Shown here in pieces: positions 1-10,100 of a stretch of 64,000 bases of DNA. The notes beneath the pieces are model-generated. The model was not told the origin of the DNA and did no database searches. It saw only the letters and a program-made list of their open reading frames with translations. Location: the NCBI GenBank assembly GCA_002269645.1, contig NIVC01001541.1:186001-250000 (forward strand). The letters are read 5' to 3'. The position numbers were made by a program, and so were the translations under genes. Position 1 is the first letter of the stretch. Each line of letters begins with the position of its first letter. Source of the DNA: Macrostomum lignano. Its lineage: Eukaryota.

Positions 1-200
1 GTCTCACCTTACCTCACCCTGTCTCACCTCATGTCATCTCATTTCACCCTGTCTCACCTCATGTCATCTCATCTCACCCTGTCTCACCTCATGTCATCTC
101 ATCTCACCCTGTCTCACCTCATGTCATCTCATCTCACCCTGTCTCACCTCATGTCATCTCATCTCACCCTGTCTCACCCACCTCACCCTGTCTCACCCCA
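1..200. repeat. 30-bp minisatellite (GTCTCACCTCATGTCATCTCATCTCACCCT), runs off left edge
   Basis: About 6 near-identical units are visible directly. Confidence 0.9.
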
Positions 201-859
201 TCTCACTCATTTCGCACCATTGTCTCCTGAAGCTTATCTCACTGCAGCTCACCCTACTTCACCCCATGTCAGCCATCTGATATGTTAGTACCTGAGCGAG
301 TCTCAACCTACAGTGTCTGTAGAGCTCTGCATCCGACATCAGTTTCGCATTCTCGTGACAATTCCCACACTGCCACTCTGTCTGGCTCACCCTCTCTCCT
401 GACCCGTCTTGTGTACTGCTTCTTTTTTCTGGCCTTATCTAAGATGCCAACTTTTCTCTGCTTTGAAAAATTCTTGTTTTTTATTGTCTAACGGCTCTCT
501 CCATTCAAAATTTGCTCTGTTGCTCAAACTGGCATTGAGCAGTCCCAGAAATTGTGAGCTGGTCACTGCAGCTTTATAGCTCGCAATTTTATATGGCGAA
601 ATTCTTATATTGCTACTTAGGAGCAGTAATATGCAACTGCTCGTGGGGGGGGGTTGCTAAGAGTTCAAGGCTTATATGGGTTTGCTGAAATGCCAAGAGG
701 CCAATTGGGAGTTGTTGGTAGGCCAAGCATTACAGGGAGAGTGAAGGTTAAGCCATGGCTTAAAGGGAGGCTTTGGTGTCAAAGCTCATATGGGATGTAA
801 GAATAAGATCTATGGGTATGTCTATAAGTGAGATTAGGTGAGATTCGGCTAGCTCAGGG

Positions 860-2335
860 GTGAGATAGGGGAGATTCTATGAGGAGGAGATAGGGGAGAT
901 TCGGTGAGATAGGGGGATTCGGTGAGATAGAGGGGAGTCGGTGAGATAGGGGGATTCGGTGAGATGGGGGGATTCGGTGAGATAGGGGGATTCGGTGAGA
1001 TAGGTTGAGATAGGGGAGATAGGGGGATTCGGTGAGATAGGGGGATTCGGTGAGATAGGGGGATTCGGTGAGATAGGTTGAGATAGGTTGAGATAGGGGA
1101 GATAGGGGGATTCGGTGAGATAGGGGGATTCGGTGAGATAGGGGGATTCGGTGAGATAGGTTGAGATAGGGGAGATAGGGGGATTCGGTGAGATAGGGGG
1201 ATTCGGTGAGATGGGGGATTCGGTGAGATAGGGGGATTCGGTGAGATAGGGGGATTCGGTGAGATAGGGGGATTCGGTGAGATAGGGGGATTCGGTGAGA
1301 TAGGTTGAGATAGGGGAGATAGGGGGATTCGGTGAGATGGGGGATTCGGTGAGATAGGGGGATTCGGTGAGATAGGGGGATTCGGTGAGATAGGGGGATT
1401 CGGTGAGATAGGGGGATTCGGTGAGATGGGGGATTCGGTGAGATAGGGGGATTCGGTGAGATAGGGGGATTCGGTGAGATAGGGGGGATTCGGTGAGATA
1501 GGGGGATTCGGTGAGATAGGTTGAGATAGGGGAGATAGGGGGGATTCGGTGAGATAGGGGGATTCGGTGAGATAGAGGGATTCGGTGAGATAGGGGGATT
1601 CGGTGAGATAGGGGGATTCGGTGAGATAGGGGGATTCGGTGAGATAGGTTGAGATAGGGGGATAGGGGGATTCGGTGAGATAGGGGAGATTCGGTGAGAT
1701 AGGGGAGATTCGGTGAGATAGGGGGATTCGGTGAGATAGGGGGATTCGGTGAGATAGGGGGATTCGGTGAGATAGGTTGAGATAGGGGAGATAGGGGGAT
1801 TCGGTGAGATAGGGGAGATTCGGTGAGATAGGGGAGATTCGGTGAGATAGGGGGATTCGGTGAGATAGGGGGATTCGGTGAGATAGGGGGATTCGGTGAG
1901 ATAGGGGGATTCGGTGAGATAGGGGGATTCGGTGAGATAGGGGGATTCGGTGAGATAGGGGGATTCGGTGAGATAGGGGAGATTCGGTGAGATAGGGGAG
2001 ATTCGGTGAGATAGGGAGATTCGGTGAGATAGGGGGATTCGGTGAGATGGGGGGATTCGGTGAGATAGGGGGATTCGGTGAGATAGGGGGATTCGGTGAC
2101 ATAGGGGAATTTGGGGGATTCGGTGAGATAGGGGAATTTGGAGGGATTCGGTGAGATAGGGGAATTTGGGGGGATTCGGTGAGATAGGGGAATTTGGGGG
2201 GATTCGGTGAGATAGGGGAATTTGGGGGGATTCGGTGAGATAGGGGGAGATAGGGGGGATTCGGTGAGATAGGGGAATTTGGGGGATTCGGTGAGATAGG
2301 GGGAGATAGGGGGGATTCGGTGAGATAGGGTGACG
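860..2335. repeat. G-rich 18-19-bp minisatellite (GGGGGATTCGGTGAGATA) upstream of the first visible LDLR-like exon, presumably intronic
   Basis: Direct tandem repetition with variant units. It explains ORFs 849..2702 and 877..2430. Confidence 0.95.
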
Positions 2336-2435
2336 TAAGATGAGATGAGATGCGGCATAACAGTGAGATTTGTGATATTCCCAGCCCTGCTAAGCCAGCG
2401 GTGAGTGCTGAAAGTAATTCGCTCCGACATTGCAG

Positions 2436-4571
2436 CTGACTGACGGCGGCTCCGAGCTGAAGCTGGTGAAGTTCCTGGACTTCGACTCCAGCAGGCGGCT
2501 CGTGTTCTTCCACACCCGCGACGGTCAGGTGGGCCGCCTGCGGCTGGACCGCCCGGCAGCCCCGGCCGAAATCCTCATGCGCGACGCCGTGCTGGACGCC
2601 ATCGCCTACGACTGGACCCGCGGCCTGCTGTTCTACCTGGTGCCCGACGCCGCCGACGCCCGCAACAACAGCGGCGGCGTCGGGGTGCTCAACGTGGACC
2701 ACGGCCGGTACACCTGGCTGGCCAGGCTCACCTGCCCAAGGGGCCTGGCTGCGGACCCGGCCAGGGGCCTTCTGTACATCAGCCTGTGGTGCGGCGCCCG
2801 GCCCGGCCTGTACACCCTGCGCATGGACGGCTCCGAGCTGCGCCCGCTGCTGACTGGCGGCCGGGGCGCGCCCGGACGCCTGGCGCTGGACAGCGAGCAG
2901 GGCCGGCTGTACTGGCTGGACATGGAGCTGAGGGGCGTCTTCTCCGCCAGGCTCAACGGTTTGTTAGGGGCTTCCAATCCAGCGCGCCTGGCGCAGGGTC
3001 TGAAACCCCGGGACATAAATCCCTGGACAAACCCCCTCTCCCTTTTGCTTTAAACCCCACCCCGTAGCCATGAACCCTGCAATCCGCAGCCATAAACCCC
3101 AATTCACAGCCATAAACCCCAATCCACAGCCATATACCCCAATCCACAGCCATAAACCCCAATCCACAGCCATATACCCCAATCCACAGCCATAGACCCC
3201 ATGCCACAGCCATAAACCCCAATCCACAGCCATAAACCCCAATCCACAGCCATAAACCCCAATCCACAGCCATATACCCCAATCCACAGCCATAAACCCC
3301 AATCCACAGCCATATACCCCAATCCACAGCCATAAACCTCAATCCACAGTCATAAACCCCAATCCACAGCCATAAACCCCAATCCACAGCCATAAACCCC
3401 AATCCACAGCCATATACCCCAATCCACAGCCATAAACCCCATGCCACAGCCATAAACCCCAATCCACAGCCATAAAACCCAATCCACAGCGATAAACCCC
3501 AATCCACAGCCATAAACCCCAATCCACAGCCATAAACCCCAATCCACAGCCATATACCCCAATCCACAGCCATAAACCCCGCCCGCAGGCTCGGACAGGC
3601 GGGCCATCTGGCACATGGGCAGCGGCTACGACGGCATCCCGCTGGGCCTGGCGCAGTTCGAGGACCGCCTGCTCTGGAGCGACCTGCGCGCCGGCGCCGT
3701 TTACTCCATCGACAAATTCGCGGGCCAGCCGCTGAAGCTGGTGCTGCCGCCGGAGCACAGCGGCTCGGTGCTGTCGGCAGTGGTGTACCACTCGGTGCGG
3801 CAGGCGCTGGGAGGTCAGGCGGGCAGCAGGCGGTGCACCTGCGGTGGTCACATCTGCATCCAGGCTGGCGGCAGCCCCGTCTGCTTGTGCGACCAGCTCA
3901 GCGTGATGAAGGACGGAGTCTGCGTGCCGAGCGGCGATGCTGGCCGTAAGCCCGGCCGGAAGCAGCCGGAGCCGGTCGCGGCCGAGTCCACCGGAGCTGC
4001 TCAGGACGGCTCCGATGCGGCGGCCGGGCAACAGCAAAGCCTCGTAGCTGCCGCGGTGGCCGTGTCGGGCCTCCTGCTGTGCCTGGCCGCCGGCGCCGCG
4101 CTCGCTGCTGCATGCCTGAGGCGGCACCGGCGATTGAACCGCTCCACTGAGGCCACCGGCCTGCCCAAGATCAACTCGGTGAGGCTGGGGACCTGGGATT
4201 TCAAGTTGGGGATTTGGGATTTCAGACTGGGGATTTGGGACATCAGGTTGGGGATTTGGGATTTCAGGTTGGGGATTTGGGATTTCAGGCTGGGAATTCG
4301 GGATTTCAAACTGGGGATTTGTGATTTCAGGCTGGGGATTTGTTATCTCTGGCTGGGAATTTGGGGTTTCAGGCTGACGATTCAGGATTTCGAGTTGTGG
4401 GTCCTGTATCCAGTTTTCGAGCGTACAGATCTGCGTGCTCAAGCTGCCATCTCACCAACGTCGCACTTGAACCTGTATTGTAACCCGCCTCCACTGCAGC
4501 GATCCAAGCTGACCGCCCACGAGGTGAACCCGGACACGGAGGAAGCGGACCAAGATGAGAACCCCTGCTAA
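2436..4571 (+). CDS. LDL-receptor family single-pass membrane protein (YWTD beta-propeller, EGF, TM, short tail); 3' part only
   Basis: Exons 2436-2958, 3589-4178 and 4500-4571 have GT-AG sites and consistent phases (1,0). The junction gives NGSDRRAIW...PLGLAQFEDRLLWSD. Other motifs: AIAYDWT, LALDSEQGRLYWLD, EGF-like CTCGGHICIQAGGSPVCLC...VC and hydrophobic TM LVAAAVAVSGLLLCLAAGAALAAACL. Upstream exons were not identified. Confidence 0.88.
3066..3580. repeat. 20-bp minisatellite (CAGCCATAAACCCCAATCCA) in LDLR-like intron
   Basis: About 25 units, ending 8 nt before the acceptor at 3588. Confidence 0.95.
4179..4395. repeat. 21-bp degenerate minisatellite (AGGCTGGGGATTTGGGATTTC) starting at the splice donor
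   Basis: About 10 units. Translates as LGIWDFR repeats. Confidence 0.9.
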
Positions 4572-4634
4572 GCCTCATGCTACATGTGAATGACCGCCTG
4601 CTCGCTTATTGACATTGTGTGGCCCTGTGTACTA

Positions 4635-5345
4635 ACCCCTGTGTTTGTTGTCTCACCCCTGTGTTTGTTGTCTCACCCCTGTCTCACTGTCTCACCCCCT
4701 TTTCTCACTGTCTCACCCCTGTCTCACTGTCTCACCCCCTTCTCTCACTGTCTCACCCCCTTTTCTCACTGTCTCACCCCTGTCTCACTGTCTCACCCCC
4801 TTTTCTCACTGTCTCACCCCCTTTTCTCACTGTCTCACCCCCTTTTCTCACTGTCTCACCCCCTTTTCTCACTGTCTCACCCCCTTTTCTCACTGTCTCA
4901 CCCCTGTCTCTCACTGTCTCACCCGTGCTTCTCACTGTCTCACCCCTGTCTCTCACTGTCTCACCCCTGTCTCTCACTGTCTCATCCCTGTTTCTCACTG
5001 TCTCACCCCTGTCTCTCACTGTCTCACCCGTGCTTCTCACTGTCTCACCCCTGTCTCTCACTGTCTCACCCCTGTCTCTCACTGTCTCACCCGTGCTTCT
5101 CACTGTCTCACCCCTGTCTCTCACTGTCTCACCCCTGTCTCTCACTGTCTCACCCGTGCTTCTCACTGTCACCCCTGTCTCTCACTGTCTCACCCCTGTC
5201 TCTCACTGTCTCACCCCTGTTTCTTACTGTCTCATCCCTGTCTCTCACTGTCTCACCCCAGTCTCTCACTGTCTCACCCCTGTCTCTCACTGTCTCACCC
5301 CTGTCTCTCACTGTGTCACCCGTCTCTCACTGTCTCACCCCTGTC
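4635..5345. repeat. ~22-24-bp minisatellite (TCTCACTGTCTCACCCCTGT-like) downstream of LDLR-like stop
   Basis: Direct tandem repetition. Confidence 0.9.
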
Positions 5346-5689
5346 TCAGTTGTCCCTCAAAGGACCGCCGTCTCTCCCATCCTTGGCAGGCGTTTTCGCC
5401 ATCACCTGAACGGTTTTCACACTTCATAACGAACGCTTTTGCTTACAGTGAGCCATGTAAGTTCGAGCTGTTTGGCCACCTTCCCTCATTTGCAAATACT
5501 TCTTAGCCAAGCCCAGTGAGCTTACTTAAACAGTTTATAGGAACTGGTGGATATTAGATTTTGTATAATGTGCTAATTTTGCGTATGACCTTATAACTAT
5601 TTTTATCATGCTTGTGCTTGACTTTGTTCCAGCTCAAATTTGTTGACCAAACTGATGAACTTTACAAATTTGACTTCTTGCCTTCCGTG

Positions 5690-5890
5690 TCTGTCTGTCT
5701 GTGTCTGTCTGTGTGCTTGTCTGTCTTGTCTGTCTCTCTGTCTGTCTGTCTGTCTGTGTGCCTGTCTGTCTCTCTGTCTGTCTGTCTGTGTGCCTGTCTG
5801 TTTGTCTGTCTGTTTGTCTGTCTGTGACTGTCTGTCTGTGTGTCTGCCTGCCTGCCTGCCTGTCTGCCTGCCTGTCTCTGCCTGTCTTAG

Positions 5891-5943
<53 letters not shown>

Positions 5944-6055
5944 GCCTGCCTGCCTGTCTGCCTGTCTGCCTGCCTGTCTCTCTGCCTGTCTTAGTGCCTG
6001 TCTGTCTGTCTGTCTGTCTGTGTGTCTGTCTGTCTGTCTGCCTGACTGTCTGTCT
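5690..6055. repeat. (GTCT)n/(GCCT)n microsatellite
   Basis: Direct. Confidence 0.95.
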
Positions 6056-6282
6056 CAGTGCCCCCTGTCTGCAGATAATTCACCCCCAGTATCGCACTGT
6101 CCCACACGAGCCAAGTTTTTGCGCCTACCAGAAAATACACGGAATGCTCAAATCGCTACTGAGTGGCTCAAGTTAAGAATTTCGTCACGGATCCCGATTT
6201 TTCAGGAGTTCCTAATAAAAACTTTTTTCTCGTTTCTGTTTTCTCATTTGGAGTTATTTGTGCTCAACATCTGAGCGCGCAC

Positions 6283-6548
6283 CGTCTGCTGTCACTCTTA
6301 CTCTTGTCTGCTGTCACTCTCACTCCTGTCTGCCGTCACTCTCACTCCTGTCTGCCGTCACTCTCACTCCTGTCTGCCGTCACTCTCACTCCTGTCTGCC
6401 GTCACTCTCACTCCTGTCTGCCGTTACTCTCACTCCTGTCTGCCGTCACTCTCACTCCTGTCTGCCGTCACTCTCACTCCTGTCTGCCGTCACTCTCACT
6501 CCTGTCTGCCGTCACTCTCACTCCTGTCTGCCGTCACTCTCACTCCTG
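6283..6548. repeat. 22-bp minisatellite (CTCACTCCTGTCTGCCGTCACT)
   Basis: About 12 units. Confidence 0.95.
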
Positions 6549-6822
6549 TCATACTGTAGAGCTCGCAGATCTCACCCATCTCATACTGAAGAGCTCGCAG
6601 ATCTCACCCATCTCATACTGTAGAGCTCGCAGATCTCACCCATCTCATACTGTAGAGCTCGCAGATCTCACCCATCTCATACTGAAGAGCTCGCAGATCC
6701 CACCCATCTCATACTAAAGAGCTCGCAGATCCCACCCATCTCATACTGAAGAGCTCGCAGATCTCACCCATCTCATACTGTAGAGCTCGCAGATCTCACC
6801 CATCTCATACTGTAGAGCTCGC
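6549..6822. repeat. 32-bp minisatellite (CATACTGTAGAGCTCGCAGATCTCACCCATCT)
   Basis: About 8.5 units directly abutting the 22-bp array. Confidence 0.95.
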
Positions 6823-7158
6823 AAACGCAGCACGAATGCCACTGGCATTCAACTCTCCTCTGCCCAAACTCAGTTCTCCAAGTACCCTCTCAGCACTGGG
6901 CATAACAGAAGCCCTGCTATACGAAAAAAGCTGTATTTCAAGCCCGCACAGACTCCGATGAAGAGAGACAGGCGCTCAGGTCTGTACACTTGTCGCCTCG
7001 GCAACAGTGCAGCCCCCCTCTCCTGCGGTGGCGTGAGAGCTCAACGACCGCCACAAATAGCGAGAACGCAGGCTAGCGGGCTGCAGGTGATGGCAGCGCT
7101 ATTTTAACTGCTCACTCAGAGCAGAGCTCGCTAATTCCAGCAACTCAAGCCTGTCAGG

Positions 7159-10100
7159 ATGGAGGTCCCGCAGGAGCTGCTGGCCGCTGACTACGTGCTG
7201 TTTTACGCGCAGATCCACTCGTTCCCGGAGGACAACCAGCTGCAGTGCCGCCTGAAGGTGGCGGCCAGGCAGCTGTACTGGGCCGCCGCCCGCAAAATGG
7301 ACCTGCAGATCGACAAGCTCAAGCTGCAGCTGCCCGTTGCCAAGGACACGCCGAAGCGGAAGAAGTGGGCGCCCTACCAGTCCACCTACTGGGGCTTCCG
7401 CGCCAAGGATGTTGACGTTCTGCTGCACGAGGCTGAGTTTGTGAAGATGGAGATGCCGCTGAAGGCGGTGAGGCTGATTGACTGCTGAGCTGTTCTCATC
7501 TATTCTTTGGTCTCTGAGCTGTTCTCATCTATTCTCTGACATTTGAGCAGTTCTCATATCTATTCTCTGACATTTGAGTTGTTCTCATATCTATTCTCTG
7601 ACATTTGAGCTGTTCTCATATCTATTCTTTGACATTTGAGCTGTTCTCATATCTATTCTCTCACATTTGAGCAGTTCTCATATCTATTCTCTGACATTTG
7701 AGCAGTTCTCATATCTATTCTCTGACATTTGAGCTGTTCTCATATCTATTCTTTGACATTTGAGCTGTTCTCATATCTATTCTCTGACATTTGATCAGTT
7801 CTCATATCTATTCTCTGACATTTGAGTTGTTCTCATCTAATCTTTGGTCTCTGAGCTGTTCTAATCTATTCTCTGACGTTTGAGTTGTTCTCATCTATTC
7901 TCTGACATTTGATCAGTTCTCATATCTATTCTCTGACATTTGAGTTGTTCTCATCTATTCTTTGGTCTCAGAGCTGTTCTAATCTATTCTCTGACGTTTG
8001 AGTTGTTCTCATATCTATTCTCTGACATTTGATCAGTTCTCATATCTATTCTCTGACATTTGAGTTGTTCTCATATCTATTCTCTGACATTTGATCAGTT
8101 CTCATATCTATTCTCTGACATTTGAGCTGTTCTCATATCTATTCTCTGACATTTGATCAGTTCTCATATCTATTCTCTGACATTTGAGTTGTTCTCATAT
8201 CTATTCTCTGACATTTGAGCTGTTCTCATATCTATTCTCTGACATTTGAGCAGTTCTCATATCTATTCTCTGACATTTGATCAGTTCTCATATCTATTCT
8301 CTGACATTTGAGCTGTTCTCATATCTATTCTTTGACATTTGAGCTGTTCTCATATCTATTCTCTGACATTTGAGCAGTTCTCATATCTATTCTCTGACAT
8401 TTGAGCAGTTCTCATATCTATTCTCTGACATTCGAGCAGTTCTCATATCTATTCTCTGAAATTTGAGCTGTTCTCATATCTATTCTCTGACATTTGAGCT
8501 GTTCTCATATCTATTCTCTGACGTTTGAGTTGTTCTCATCTATTCTCTGACATTTGAGCTGTTCTCATATCTATTCTCTGACATTTGAGCTGTTCTCATA
8601 TCTATTCTCTGACATTCGAGTTGTTCTCATCTATTCTTTGGTCTCAGAGCTGTTCTAATCTATTCTCTGACGTTTGAGTTGTTCTCATATCTATTCTCTG
8701 ACATTTGAGCTGTTCTCATATCTATTCTCTGACATTTGAGCAGTTCTCATATCTATTCTCTGACATTCGAGTTGTTCTCATCTATTCTCTGACATTTGAT
8801 CAGTTCTCATATCTATTCTCTGACATTTGAGCTGTTCTCACATCTATTCTCTGACATTTGAGCAGTTCTCATATCTATTCTCTGACATTTGATCAGTTCT
8901 CATATCTATTCTCTGACATTTGATCAGTTCTCATATCTATTCTCTGATCTCAGAACAATAACTTGAGCTTTGACCATATCTGATCTTGAAAAATCCGTTG
9001 CCGCTGCCTCACAGCCGACTTCGTGAACCCTCTCAGACCGAAACCACCCCGCTGTGCTGTCCGGACGACGAAGCCAAGATTGAGGGGGACAACCCCTGCT
9101 GCTGCGGCTGCCTGCAGCCCGAGACCACCGCCATCGGGGAGGCGGAAGAAGCCGCAATCACCGACGAGAATGGTGGGCTGGGGAGAATGCAACACCCTGT
9201 CTAATACATGTACACCCTGTCTAATACATGTACACCCTGTCTAATACATGTACACCCTGTCTAACACATGTACACCCTGTCTAATACATGCACACCCTGT
9301 CTAACATATGTACACCCTGTCTAATACATGTACACCCTGTCTAATACATGTACACCCTGTCTAATACATGTACACCCTGTCTAATACATGTACACCCTGT
9401 CTAATACATGTACACCCTATCTAATACATGTACACCCTGTCTAATTCATGTACACCCTGTCTAATTCATGTACACCCTATCTAATACATGTACACCCTGT
9501 CTAATACATGTACACCCTGTCTAATACATGTACACCCTGTCTAATACATGCACACCCTGTCTAATACATGCGCGCCCTGTCTAATACATGCACACCCTGT
9601 CTAACACATGCGCGCCCTGTCTAACACCTGTCTAACACATGTGCACCCTGTCTAACACCTACCTAACACATGGGCACCCTGTCTAACACCTGTCTAACAC
9701 ATGCGCACCCTGTCTAACACCTGTCTAACACATGCGCACCCTGTCTAACACCTGTCTAACACATGCGCACCCTGTCTAACACCTGTCTAACACATGCGCA
9801 CCCTGTCTAACACCTGTCTAACACATGCGCACCCTGTCTAACACCTACCTAACACATGCGCACCCTGTCTAACACCTGTCTAACACATGCGCACCCTGTC
9901 TAACACCTACCTAACACATGCGCACCCTGTCTAACACCTGTCTAACACATGCGCACCCTGTCTATCTCACCGCTCTAACATTAGAAGGCCCTCCAATCCC
10001 GCAGCGGACTTCATCTGTGCGCCGTTCATCTTCAAGAAGAAGCACATGTTCTTCGGCGGCGGCCGCGACGGCAGCGAGTTTCGCCTCACCGGAGCTCAGC

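Noticed and set aside
849-2430. Long ORFs over tandem arrays (also 4590-5506, 15680-17269, 17892-18611, 19080-20166, 56283-58164, 59670-61080, 51326-52543)
   Set aside because: They are periodic translations of stop-poor repeats, are open in several frames at once, and lie in introns or intergenic DNA defined by the spliced gene models.
2368-2435. Possible micro-exon ending at a GTGAGT donor (2401) with a 35-nt intron before the first LDLR-like exon
   Set aside because: The frame is feasible (EICDIPSPAKPA), but the intron is implausibly short and there is no homology or transcript support.
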